From NCBI GenBank assembly GCA_963797095.1, contig CAWCNY010000001.1, positions 352,001 through 416,000 on the forward strand: DNA of 64,000 nucleotides, in the 5' to 3' direction. Both the position numbers and the translations under genes were made by a program. The notes under the pieces were generated by a model. It did not search any database and was not told the DNA's origin. It saw nothing but the letters and a program-made list of their open reading frames with translations. This DNA comes from an uncultured Chloroflexia bacterium. GTDB lineage: Bacteria; Chloroflexota; Chloroflexia; QHBQ01; JADMIH01. Below are positions 54,493-64,000 of this stretch, piece by piece; position 1 is the stretch's first letter; each line of letters begins with the position of its first letter.

Positions 54493-55905
54493 TCAGGCAA
54501 CCTGCGGCTCGATATTCTGGTTCATCCTAAAGAAGTTGTCCGGATCATATTTCTTCTTCAGCGCGGCCAGTCTGGCGTAGTTGTCGCCGTAAGCATCGCG
54601 CACACTCTCTCGACCTTCATCACCGAGGAAATTGCTGTAGACCCCGCGGGTCGCGAACGGTTGCATCCTTTGCCACAGACCATCGGCCCACTTGATATGT
54701 TGTGGGGATTCCGCCGGGCTCATCCACATCGGGATGATGTTGAGCGCGAATTTGGAGGCGCGATGGGCGAACGCAGTGTCGTGCTCCCCTACGCGGCTAA
54801 CGGCACCCTGCATGTGGTGAATATGCACGGCGGACAGCGGTGAGGCCATGCCGGCGGCCTGCTCCGCCAGCAGCTGGATGGCCGCGTCGGGCAACTCCTG
54901 CATATATGCTGCTTTCCAGTAGGTCTGCATTCCGCTCGGCGCGGCGGCGTCGAACAGGCTCTGCTGGGCCGGATAAGGCATTGGCTGCAATATGTCCACG
55001 GCCGGAGGGCCGAACTCACGCAGCGGGCGAACTACTTCTGCACCCTGCTCGGGCACCCCTGCATAACAGGCCATGATCGCGACGGCAGGCTTACCCTGCA
55101 GCGGCTGCGGCACGAAGGGGGCGGGTGGCGCCGTCATGAAGACGAACAGGGTGGTAAGGTCGTCGGGCACTGTTTCCACGTAGTCACGATAGAAGCGCAG
55201 CAGCTCGGCTGCGCGCTGGGCAGGATGCAGGATTATCCCACCCAGCACCATCTTGAGCGGGTGCAGCCGGAATTCGAACGATGCGACTACGCCGAAGTTG
55301 CCTCCGCCGCCGCGCAAGGCCCACAGCAGATCCGGGTGCTGCTCGGCGTTGGCGTTGAGCACAGTACCATCCGCAGTTACGACCTGCGCGGCGACCAGGT
55401 TGTCCGCCGCCAGGCCATACTTACGCATAAGTGAACCCATGCCCCCACCGAGAGTCAGCCCGCCCACGCCGACCGTTGTCACCATGCCCCCGGTAGTCGC
55501 CAGACCTGCCTCAGCTGTGGCGCGATCAAACTCGCCCCAGGTCGCCCCGCCGCCGGAACGTGCTCGGCGAGTCGCAGCCTCAACTTGCACGTCTCTCATC
55601 CTCGCAAGATCGATCACGAGCCCGCCATCGCATGTGCCGAACCCAGCGACGCTGTGCCCGCCGCCGCGAACGGCCACCGGCATCTGCCGCTCCCGCCCCA
55701 GCCGGACGGCGCTCACCACGTCCTCCACTGTGGCGCAGCGGATGATCAGAGCCGGGTGCTTGTCGATCCGCCCGTTCCAGACGCTGCGGGCCGCCTCATA
55801 GGAGGCGTCGCCGGGGCTGATGATCTCCGCATCGTGGCTGAACGTCAATCCTCGCAGATTTATTTCAGCGAACGAGGGCGGATTAGATATTTGGTGTACT
55901 GTCAT
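54493..55905 (-). CDS. FAD-linked oxidase, berberine-bridge-enzyme-like
   Basis: RGGGHS covalent-FAD motif, GVGGLTLGGG, WALRGGGGNFGVV, Y.NF, K.KYDPDNFFR.NQNI. Confidence 0.95.
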   Translation of the reverse strand: MTVHQISNPPSFAEINLRGLTFSHDAEIISPGDASYEAARSVWNGRIDKHPALIIRCATVEDVVSAVRLGRERQMPVAVRGGGHSVAGFGTCDGGLVIDLARMRDVQVEAATRRARSGGGATWGEFDRATAEAGLATTGGMVTTVGVGGLTLGGGMGSLMRKYGLAADNLVAAQVVTADGTVLNANAEQHPDLLWALRGGGGNFGVVASFEFRLHPLKMVLGGIILHPAQRAAELLRFYRDYVETVPDDLTTLFVFMTAPPAPFVPQPLQGKPAVAIMACYAGVPEQGAEVVRPLREFGPPAVDILQPMPYPAQQSLFDAAAPSGMQTYWKAAYMQELPDAAIQLLAEQAAGMASPLSAVHIHHMQGAVSRVGEHDTAFAHRASKFALNIIPMWMSPAESPQHIKWADGLWQRMQPFATRGVYSNFLGDEGRESVRDAYGDNYARLAALKKKYDPDNFFRMNQNIEPQVA

Positions 55906-55992
55906 TTCTGATTCTCCTTCTCCCGTGTGATATCTACTCCGTGTGCAGCGTCCTTCTTTCCGAGTCGCCGGCCCTCTGAGGTATGGTTAGTT

Positions 55993-56135
55993 GAGGCATG
56001 GTCATAAATCCAAATCTGTCTATTACCCCACGCTTGGGATGTGGCCTTAATGTCACAAAATGCCGCCAAAATGGGCTGTTTCCAGATGAAGTTGCTCTCC
56101 TTCTACGCACGGAAAATGAATTATGACCATGCCTC
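55993..56135. mobile_element. 143-bp MITE with 15-bp perfect TIRs and 8-bp target duplication
   Basis: GAGGCATGGTCATAA ... TTATGACCATGCCTC flanked by GGTTAGTT at 55985-55992 and 56136-56143. Confidence 0.9.
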
Positions 56136-56196
56136 GGTTAGTTGTCGCCTGCTAGTTGCTAGTTGCTAGTCGTCGGTCGATGAGCGAAGCGAGCTA

Positions 56197-56308
56197 TCGT
56201 CAGTCGTCAGTCGTCAGTCGTCAGTCGTCAGTCGTCAGTCGTCAGTCGTCAGTCGTCAGTCGTCAGTCGTCAGTCGTCAGTCGTCAGTCGTCAGTCGTCA
56301 GTCGTCAG
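56197..56308. repeat. Perfect heptanucleotide tandem repeat (TCGTCAG)x16
   Basis: Counted directly; preceded by about 3 GCTAGTT units at 56151-56170. Confidence 0.97.
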
Positions 56309-56319
56309 TCGTCGGGTGG

Positions 56320-56742
56320 TCAGTCGGTGACTCCGAGCTGGCGCAGCATTGTTCCGGCGTCGTAGTATAGCGCGGCGCGCTTGATGGTGTTCTGCGCGAC
56401 CTCGCAGACCAGCACCATCGGGACAAGCACCAGGCGGCCGGTGGCGGGAATGCCCAGGAAGCGGCCCTGCTGCCGCCCGCGAAAATGAAACTCCATCGCG
56501 ACTGTGTGCTCGTCGGCCGCGATGCTGAGTGGAGTGACGCCGACGTCGGCAAAGCAGTCGATCAAGAGGGCCTCGAAAAAGCGCCGGGCCTCGTCACGAC
56601 CGGCAAACGAGCGGTCCTGCGCTCGATCGACGAAGATCACATCCGCGGCCAGGGCGCTTGTGTCGCCCAACATGACCAGGGTCTCAATTAATTGGCGGTT
56701 GCGACAGGACACGGATCCTCGGTACGGGCTACCCAATGGCAT
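56320..56742 (-). CDS. SnoaL-like ester cyclase / NTF2-fold protein
   Basis: FRGRQQGRFLGIPATGR.V.VP, YYD..TMLRQLG; start uncertain. Confidence 0.85.
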   Translation of the reverse strand: MPLGSPYRGSVSCRNRQLIETLVMLGDTSALAADVIFVDRAQDRSFAGRDEARRFFEALLIDCFADVGVTPLSIAADEHTVAMEFHFRGRQQGRFLGIPATGRLVLVPMVLVCEVAQNTIKRAALYYDAGTMLRQLGVTD

Positions 56743-56822
56743 GCAGGAGTTTCATTTGTCGCAGCATAGCACGGTGGCGTGTGGGTTTTCGTGTGGACGC
56801 GGACTCGATTGCAGGAGTGGGG

Positions 56823-59800
56823 CTATTTGGCCATGAGTTCATCTACCTGCGCGAGCAGCGCACCCAGGCCGGGGGCCTGCACATGGTCGCCGGGAGGCGG
56901 TGGCAGCGGGGGTGGCGGCGGCAAGCTGACGCCGCTCAGTTCTTCGTAGCGTCGACGATAGTCGACCAGTTTGCTGCGTCGATAGAGATCGAGATAGAAC
57001 CTGGCGGCTGCGGCAGCGTGTTCGCGGGCAGCGGCCGGGTCAGGCTCCCAGTGCGCCAGGTGGTAGTGGATGGCCGCCTGCCCATGAGCATCCTGCCAGG
57101 CAGCCAGCAGACCCTCTGCCTCGTGTACGGCGGCGGCGCGGTCGATCTGGGCCAACGCCAACCCGGCTTGCAGCAACAGCAAGCGGGCGGGCAACTCAAC
57201 CTGGCCCAGCGTGCCCGCCTCGTGAGCCAGTCGCAGCGCCTCCGCCGCCACCTGCCGGCCGGTTTCGTTGTGCCCCTGGCGCAAGTAGAGTTCCGCCGCA
57301 TAGATCAGGTTCATACCAAAAAAGAAAGGCGGCCCGGCCGGCCGCACGGCGGCCAGGGCGCGATCGTAAAGCGGCACGGCTTCGGCGTCACGTTCTTCGA
57401 GCAGCGCCGCCTGGCCGAGGTGCGCCAGCGCCAGCGAGATATCAATCCAACTTTCCAGTTCGAGACTGATTTGCAGGTGCTTCGTGGCGCAGGCAATCGC
57501 CGGAGTTGTCTGGCCGAGGTTAAGGTAGACGAGCGTCAGGTTACCCAGAGCGATTGCCAGGCCGGGTAGGTCGCCGATCTCGGCGCAGAGCGCCAGCAAC
57601 TGCTCGTAGCAATCCCAGGTGCGCTGATAATCGAAGAGTTTGCCCTGATACAGCCCGGCCAGGTTACGCAGGGCGCGGGTCAGTTGCACTTTATCACCAA
57701 GTTCGGCGGCCATGCGGCGCTGCTCGTGCAGGCACTCCTCGGCCCGTGTAAAGTCCTCCAGGTGAGTATAGGCGATACCCAGCGCGCCCCGCGCCTGGCT
57801 CATGCGCCGCAGGTCGCCCTGCTCGCGGGCCAGGTTGTACTGGCGCTCGGCATAGGTCCGCGCCTCGCTGAACCGACCCTGACTGATAGCGACAGCGGCC
57901 AGGCCTCCGAGCGCATCGGCGCGAGCCGCGGGCTCAAGCGCGACCCTGGCGGCTCCCAGCGCCGCTAGCAGCAACGGCGACGCAGCCGCATAGTCCCCCC
58001 GGTCAATCTTCAGCACGCCCAGGCACACCCGGCAGCGGGCCTGCAACGCCTCATTGTCCGCGCTCACCGCCAGCGCCTCTTGCAGAATCGCTTCCCCGGC
58101 CGGCCACTGGCCGGTCAGCCGCCACACTTCGGCCAGTCGCAGCATCAACTCCACGCGTCGCGCCGGGTCTTGCGCCAGGTCCAGCGCCCGGCGCAGATAG
58201 AGCACTGCCTCGTCGTTGGCGTAGCTCGCTGCCGCCGCTGCTCCGGCCAGGGCAGCGTAGTGGCCCTCTTTCTGCCGGTCGCCGGCCATTCGCCAGTGGT
58301 AGGTCAGCACAGCGGGTGGGGAGGCGCTCCGCTCGAGCGTGAGCGCGGCGCGCCTGTGCAGGATCTGGCGTCGCACAGGACTCAGTTGTGCCAGCACAGC
58401 CTGTCTCATCAGGTCGTGCTGATAATCGAAGCGTGGTGGCCCCGTGCCGCCCGCCGCGAGCAGGCGCCACCGAAGGCCCTGTTCCAGGGCGGTGGCGGTC
58501 TCATCCTCTCCGCGCCCGCTGGCCTGGCGGGCCTGGTCCAGCGTAACCGGGCGCTCCAGCACCGCCAGTGCTTCGAGTACCTGCCGTTCACCGGGCTCAA
58601 GTTGCGCCAGCCGACGCTCGATTAGTGCGAGCAGGCTCGGCGGTAGGGGCAGGGGCAGCGGCAGGGGCAATGGCGCGGGCACCGTCCCTGCCTGGGCCAA
58701 CTCATGCACCAATTCGCTGACGAACAATGGATTGCCCCCGGTTTCATGCAGCAGGGTATTGCGGATGTGCGGCACGCGATACCCTGGCGGTAGGTCCGGC
58801 CAAAGCTGCTCGATCAACGCGGAGACTTCGCGTGCCGTGAGCGGAGCCAGGTCCAGCCGCAGTATGGGCACACTTCGGGGCAGGTCACGCAGAAGCGCCG
58901 CAAGCGCCGCGTTGTCTTCGCACTCCTCGGTGCGGAACGCGCCCAGCAACAGCACGGGTGTCGCCGGCCGCTGCAGGCGCAGCCGCCGCGCCATGAAGTG
59001 GAACATGCGCAGACTGGCTTCGTCGAACCACTGCAGGTCGTCCAGGAACAACCCCCGGCCCTCTCCATCGCCCGCTGCCTGCAGAGGTCTCCTCTGCAGC
59101 AGCACTTCCGCTATTGCCGCGAACAGGTGCTCCTGCCGGCCCGCCGGGGGATCGACCTGGCCGGGCCGCCCGCGCGCGGCGAGCTCAGGCAGCAGGCGAG
59201 CCAGTTGCTCGCGCCAGTAGGGGGCGAGTTGCCCCAGGTCGGGCGCGTCGGGTTGCGCCAGGCGGCTTTGCAGCAGTTCGATCCAGGGCCGGTAGGGTAG
59301 TGTGCGCGTCGATTCGTACCCCTGCGACATCAGGAGTTGCACCCCGGGCGTGCGCTGGGCCCATTCCCGCACCAACCGGGTCTTGCCGCCGCCCGCCTCT
59401 GCTGCGATCAGGGCCAGCGCGCTGCCCTCTTTTCGGGCGCTCTGCCAGGCTTGCGCAAGCGCCGCTAGTTCGATGGAGCGGCCCACGAAGGGAGTGGTGG
59501 CAGTTGTAGCTTGCTGTGGTGCAGATTCGATAGGCCCTGCCAGCCAGGGCAGGGCAGATGGGCCCGCCTCGTGGCGCTCGATCTGCTGTCGTAGACGCAA
59601 CAGAGCCGGGCTCGGCTCTACGGCCAGTTCCTGGCGCAACAGCTCGCGGCAGCGCTCGAACTGCTCCACCGCAGCCCTGCGTTGCCCCGTGCGGGCGTAG
59701 AGCCAGACGAGTCGCAGATGGGCCTCTTCAAACAGCGGGTCGATCTGCACGAGTTGCCCGGCTCGCTGAATAGCCTGTTCATAATGCCCGGCTGCGATCA

Positions 59801-60320
59801 GCCGGTCGATCAGCGTCGCCATTCCACGGATGTAGAGCTGCTGGTAGCGGGCCCGCTCGCCCAGCAACCACAACTCGAACTCGGGCGCATCGCCCAGGCT
59901 CAAGCCGGTCAGAAACTCGCCGCGGTAGAGACTAAGAGCTGTGGCAAGCGCATCCATATCGAGCGCCTGCAGGTCGCCATCGAGCCTGTCCTGGAAGTGC
60001 CTGCAGTCGACCCATGCGACGGAGCCGTCCAGGGCTACCGTCTCCCGTCCCGCAACCAATGACCGGGGATCGGTATGGCGGCGAATGCGGCTCAGATGCC
60101 AGCGTAGGGTGCCGGCTGGGTCGGCGGCATTCTGACAGAAGATAGCGCACAGTGAGTGACGACTCTGGGCCTGAGTGGTGGCAGCCAGGTAGGCCAGGAT
60201 CGCCCGCGTCTTGCGATCGAGCGCCTGCACCTGGCTTTGCCCGTCTCGGCGCAACTCGAACGGTCCTAACAGAGCCAAGGTGACGCCGGGCGCTTGATGG
60301 TCGGATTGAGGCCTGGTCAT
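56823..60320 (-). CDS. SARP/AfsR-like regulator (wHTH-BTAD-AAA ATPase-TPR)
   Basis: LLGPFEL, LYRGEFL.GL, DPL.E.AH..L, ELAVEPS; AEAGGGKT, LDDLQW.D, GGNPLF; TPRs. Confidence 0.93.
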   Translation of the reverse strand: MTRPQSDHQAPGVTLALLGPFELRRDGQSQVQALDRKTRAILAYLAATTQAQSRHSLCAIFCQNAADPAGTLRWHLSRIRRHTDPRSLVAGRETVALDGSVAWVDCRHFQDRLDGDLQALDMDALATALSLYRGEFLTGLSLGDAPEFELWLLGERARYQQLYIRGMATLIDRLIAAGHYEQAIQRAGQLVQIDPLFEEAHLRLVWLYARTGQRRAAVEQFERCRELLRQELAVEPSPALLRLRQQIERHEAGPSALPWLAGPIESAPQQATTATTPFVGRSIELAALAQAWQSARKEGSALALIAAEAGGGKTRLVREWAQRTPGVQLLMSQGYESTRTLPYRPWIELLQSRLAQPDAPDLGQLAPYWREQLARLLPELAARGRPGQVDPPAGRQEHLFAAIAEVLLQRRPLQAAGDGEGRGLFLDDLQWFDEASLRMFHFMARRLRLQRPATPVLLLGAFRTEECEDNAALAALLRDLPRSVPILRLDLAPLTAREVSALIEQLWPDLPPGYRVPHIRNTLLHETGGNPLFVSELVHELAQAGTVPAPLPLPLPLPLPPSLLALIERRLAQLEPGERQVLEALAVLERPVTLDQARQASGRGEDETATALEQGLRWRLLAAGGTGPPRFDYQHDLMRQAVLAQLSPVRRQILHRRAALTLERSASPPAVLTYHWRMAGDRQKEGHYAALAGAAAAASYANDEAVLYLRRALDLAQDPARRVELMLRLAEVWRLTGQWPAGEAILQEALAVSADNEALQARCRVCLGVLKIDRGDYAAASPLLLAALGAARVALEPAARADALGGLAAVAISQGRFSEARTYAERQYNLAREQGDLRRMSQARGALGIAYTHLEDFTRAEECLHEQRRMAAELGDKVQLTRALRNLAGLYQGKLFDYQRTWDCYEQLLALCAEIGDLPGLAIALGNLTLVYLNLGQTTPAIACATKHLQISLELESWIDISLALAHLGQAALLEERDAEAVPLYDRALAAVRPAGPPFFFGMNLIYAAELYLRQGHNETGRQVAAEALRLAHEAGTLGQVELPARLLLLQAGLALAQIDRAAAVHEAEGLLAAWQDAHGQAAIHYHLAHWEPDPAAAREHAAAAARFYLDLYRRSKLVDYRRRYEELSGVSLPPPPPLPPPPGDHVQAPGLGALLAQVDELMAK

Positions 60321-60510
60321 GGTGGGGGTTTTCTGCTTGCAGGTGGCCAAGCACGGCCGGCCTTGCATTGGGACCACTTGGGCAGGCTTTCGGCTGCGAG
60401 GGAGGGTACAACTAGGGCAAAAGCGCCTGGTATCGGTCAACCCTGCACTTGGTGCCCTGCATTCAACGTGCCTTCGGTGGTCGGACTATCCGAATCATGA
60501 GAAGTACCGC

Positions 60511-62241
60511 TCAAATCAGCTTCTCTCGGGCCGCGTATGCGATCGCAGCTGCCCGCGAGCGGACGTCCAGACGGGCCAGGATGTTGGTTACGTGTCGATG
60601 TACGGTGTGCCGGCTCAGGCTGAGCTTGCCGGCAATCTCTGCATCACTGAACCCCTGGGCGATCAACTTGAGCACTTCCTGCTGGCGTGCCGACAGCCTC
60701 TGTCGGCCGCTTGTCTGCTCAGGTTGCTGTTGGCGTCCTCGACGAAGATGATTCAGCAGACCTTCGGCGCGGGCCACCTGGCGCTCGGCGCCGAGCTCGC
60801 GGAAGGTTGCGAGAGCTGCCTGCGCCTCTCGCTCGGCTGCGGGCAGACGGTCGAGCGCTTCGAGTGAGGTGGCGAGGGCGACGCGAGCCTGGCCCATCTC
60901 GAACGGCGCGCCGCTACGTATGAACAGGTCTACGGCGTCCTCCAGCAGGCTGCGCGCCCGTTCGTGGTCGTTGGCGGCGGCCGCCGCAACGCCGGCGCTG
61001 AGGTTGGCGATGGCGAGCAGTGGCCCTGTGCCGATGCGATTGGCAACCTCCGCCAATTCGTCGAGAGCGACTTGAGCTTCCTTGAGATCGCCGAGGGCAA
61101 GATTGGCCCTCGCAACCAACTCCAGGCCCCTGACCCGCTCGGTACGGTTCTCACGAGGCATGCGGCGCAGATAGCGCTCGGCGTGATCAAGCGCGGTGCG
61201 CGCCTCGCCCAGGTCGAGCGCCAGCCACCCGAGCCCCAGTTGAGAGGGCGGGAAGTGCAGGGTCTGTTCGAACAATGCCACCGCCTCGTCGAGCCTGCCC
61301 TGCCGGTAGCGCAAATACCCGAGGCGTGCCACCGCTTCGGCCAGGAAGGCCGGGCGCGTGGCCTGCAGGGTGCTGGCCGCTTCGGCCAGCTCAGTCTCGG
61401 CTTCCCTCCATGCGCCCGACCAAAGCAACACACCCGCGTGGTGGCTGAGGCATACGCCGAGCAAAGGTGCGTACCCGATACGCTCGCAGTAGTCCTTCAG
61501 GCGATCGCACCATTGGATGGCCCTGTCGTAGTCAAACACCCGCTCGCACGCGAAGATCAGGCAGCAGCAGGTAGAGCCGATGGCCGTGCGGTTGCTCATT
61601 TCCCCGCCCACGGCCGCGGTGGTGGCCTCGTCCAGCCGGCGCATGCCCCCACGTAGGTCCCCTTCGCTCACCATGACGAAGCCCTCGAGGGCCAGTCCAA
61701 ACATTTCCATGTCGATCAGGCCCAGGGCACGCCCTATCTCAACCCCTTGTGCAGCCAGTTTGCGGGCGGTAATCGGATCCTCGGCCCACAAAATAGCGTT
61801 CTCGGCCTCCCGGAGGGCCAGCCAGCCATGCTCGCTTCCCGGCTCAAGGCCGTCCAGGAGGGTATGTGCGCGCTGCAGCCACCCGTTGGCCACGGCCATC
61901 TGGCCGCGCACTCCCAGGTAATCCCAGCCCAGCCAGATGGCTACGCGGGCCGCCGAGCGCCGGTCGCCTTTGCTTCGGTACATGGGGAAAGCTCGCTCCC
62001 GAGCTTCGAAGGCGTCGTCCAGGCGGTTCAGCCACCACAAGGCTGCGCCAAGCCCTTCCCAGGCCTCTGGCGTTTCCCGGCGGGCAAGGGCCTGGCGAAA
62101 GTGCCCCTCCGCTTCCTCCCAGGCTCCGCTCTCCAGCGCTTCGGAGCCTGCCGCCAGGGATGGGTCATCGAATTTGGCTAGTTCGGTAACGTCTATCATT
62201 GCAGGTGTTGCCTCAGTATAGCAGAGTCCCAAATCATTCAC
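60511..62241 (-). CDS. TPR + LuxR-HTH transcriptional regulator
   Basis: Helical repeats; LS.RQ.EVL.LIAQG.SD.EIA.KL.LS.HTVHRHV.NI..RL. Confidence 0.92.
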   Translation of the reverse strand: MNDLGLCYTEATPAMIDVTELAKFDDPSLAAGSEALESGAWEEAEGHFRQALARRETPEAWEGLGAALWWLNRLDDAFEARERAFPMYRSKGDRRSAARVAIWLGWDYLGVRGQMAVANGWLQRAHTLLDGLEPGSEHGWLALREAENAILWAEDPITARKLAAQGVEIGRALGLIDMEMFGLALEGFVMVSEGDLRGGMRRLDEATTAAVGGEMSNRTAIGSTCCCLIFACERVFDYDRAIQWCDRLKDYCERIGYAPLLGVCLSHHAGVLLWSGAWREAETELAEAASTLQATRPAFLAEAVARLGYLRYRQGRLDEAVALFEQTLHFPPSQLGLGWLALDLGEARTALDHAERYLRRMPRENRTERVRGLELVARANLALGDLKEAQVALDELAEVANRIGTGPLLAIANLSAGVAAAAANDHERARSLLEDAVDLFIRSGAPFEMGQARVALATSLEALDRLPAAEREAQAALATFRELGAERQVARAEGLLNHLRRGRQQQPEQTSGRQRLSARQQEVLKLIAQGFSDAEIAGKLSLSRHTVHRHVTNILARLDVRSRAAAIAYAAREKLI

Positions 62242-62350
62242 TACAAGTCAATCCCGGCGCATATGGTACTCACCGGAGTACCCAATCCAGGCGCGCCTTA
62301 TACCACGTACAGGTGATGGTCGCCGGGGTGCGAGATGGTATACTTATGCT

Positions 62351-62389
62351 ATGAGTTTGGGTCGCCAGGCCGCGCAGGGCGCTGTCTGG
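62351..62389 (+). pseudogene. First 13 codons of a Wzx flippase paralog
   Basis: MSLGRQAAQGAVW vs MSLGRQAATGAVW at 38967; cut by an IS6-like end. Confidence 0.7.
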
Positions 62390-62499
62390 GGAAGTGTTGC
62401 AACAACCGATGAAGGGGCTAATGGCCTGTTGCTAAGATTCCGGCGAGAAGCTACAGGGTGCCAGATAACCAGCCAGGTTTGAGCGTGAACCAGTTGGTC

Positions 62500-62948
62500 G
62501 GAAGTGGCAGAATTGGGGGCAGTAGCTGGTTTAGATGCTGTTTGTCGGGTATCCTTAGCTGCATCAATCCCTATTCAGCCGAGGAGTACCTGCTCTACAT
62601 ATGATTTGTCCTCATTGCTCATCTGTCGCCACCAGCCAACTGGCCGAGAAGACCTCTTTGGGATATCAGGTCTTCCGTTGTAGGCACTGCAGACGCAAGT
62701 TCAACGAGCGCACTGGCACTCCTTTCAACTTCTTGGAGTTCCCCACTGACATTGTCCTGCTCGTTGTCCTGTGGCGCCTCCGATACAAGCTCAGCCTCCG
62801 AGACCTTGCAGAGATGTTTATCGAGAGGGGATTCGAGTTTACCCACGAGGCAGTTAGGGATTGGGAAGCACGCTTCGCTCCACTGATAACCGAGAAGTTG
62901 CGCTCCAGACGTAGAGGCAAGGCTGGCCGGTCATGGCATGTAGACGAG
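62500..62948 (+). mobile_element. Truncated IS6-family element
   Basis: End GGAAGTGGCAGAA; Zn-ribbon CPHC...C..C, RYKLSLRDLAEM, truncated at WHVDE. Confidence 0.88.
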
Positions 62949-63944
62949 GGTAGTGTCAGAACTCAGGTCAGGCGATCTCAACTTTAGGGTTTTGAGTGTC
63001 TTGGCCATGGCTACGCCATACCACTGCTACACGCCTAGACTAACATCAGTTGCTTATGGAGGGCACCAAATCGCTGCCGAAACAGCTGGCGTTGTTCGGC
63101 CAAAGGCACCTTCTCCTTCGGCTTGCTGCGATACCGGAAGTAATCCCGCTGCTCGTCGAACGCCTGGCAGAACCTCCAGGCAGATTGAAACGAACTAAAA
63201 CCGCGCATCGGATAGTATCTCTGCTTGATACCCCGGTGATCCTGTTCCAGCCTGTTATTGAGATACCTATTGGTCCGGTGCTCTACCTTGCGGCCCAGTA
63301 TTCGGCGTATCGCACGCGGGTAGGCATCATGTCCGTCGGTGGTTACCCGAGTTGGCTTGTGGCCGACTACCTCCCTGGCCTGCCTAAACAAGCGTTTAGC
63401 CGCCTCCATATCCCGGTGCTCAGATAGCATGGAGTCCACCAGGTTGCCATCCCTATCTATGGCCCGATACAGGTAGCACCATTTACCACCGACTTTGACG
63501 TACGTTTCATCTGCGTACCACGACCGACCAGCCTTACCTTTACGCCTAGCACGCAAGCGATCGGTGATCAGTGGCGCGAAGCGCGCTTCCCAATCTCTCA
63601 CCGCCTCGTGAGTAAACTCAAAACCTCTCTCCAAGAACATCTCCGCAAGGTCTCGGAGGCTGAGCTTGTATCTCAGCCGCCAAAGGACAACGAGGAGCAC
63701 TATGTCGGTTGGGAACTGCAGATGATTGAAAACGGTACCGGTACGCTCGTTGAACTTGCGGCAGCACCGTGAGCAGCGAAAGGTGGAATAGCCCAGCGAT
63801 GTTTTGTGCGCCAATGGGGTAGTTGCGAGTGAGTAGCAATGGGGACAGTCCATGAGGAATCCTTATCGGCATCATTGTGTTACAGATGAGGATACTACAC
63901 GAACGACCCAATCGCCAACTCCAACCCTGATTTCTGACAGAACC
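62949..63944 (-). mobile_element. Complete IS6-family element (transposase 63035-63853)
   Basis: TIRs GGTAGTGTCAGAACTCAGG / GGTTCTGTCAGAAATCAGG; DETY.KV.G.W.YLYRAID, TDG, NN.LEQDHR.IK.R. Confidence 0.95.
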
Positions 63945-64000
63945 AGTGTGTGCGTCGGTGCCCATACGCTTGGCCAATCGCTCCGCGAACTCAGGCTTGC

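Noticed and set aside
56156-56365. ORF with SRQSSVV repeats; also considered as CRISPR
   Set aside because: Translation artefact of (TCGTCAG)n; no spacers or cas genes.

Overview
GC-rich bacterial DNA, most consistent with Chloroflexota (Cys-loop SLH proteins, an LPxTG-like anchored protein, F420-type oxidoreductases, large STAND/LuxR regulators); this taxonomy is inferred, not looked up. The window is an accessory mosaic. It holds (i) an unusual four-gene operon at 5.2-9.1 kb: Cys-less OsmC-like protein, acyl-CoA-dehydrogenase-fold flavoprotein, signal-peptide-less PhnD-like protein and MetE C-terminal-like Zn enzyme, behind a structured, attenuator-like leader; (ii) GH3/GH51 glycosidases and two SLH surface proteins; (iii) an EPS locus (priming transferase, GT2, GT4, deacetylase, Wzx) split by a LAL regulator block; (iv) a PAS/CHASE4 kinase-Hpt-GGDEF phosphorelay; (v) a LuxR-TPR + SARP-STAND cluster with SnoaL, BBE oxidase, cupin, flavin monooxygenase, TusA and DsrE; (vi) many mobile elements: IS630, IS6, IS3 and rve-type IS copies or remnants, a group II intron 3' remnant and at least two small non-coding MITEs with clear terminal repeats. 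No rRNA, tRNA or CRISPR array was seen. Several single-base frameshifts may be sequencing errors. The best candidates for an undescribed system are (i) and (v). All product calls come from motif recognition by eye; no database searches were run.
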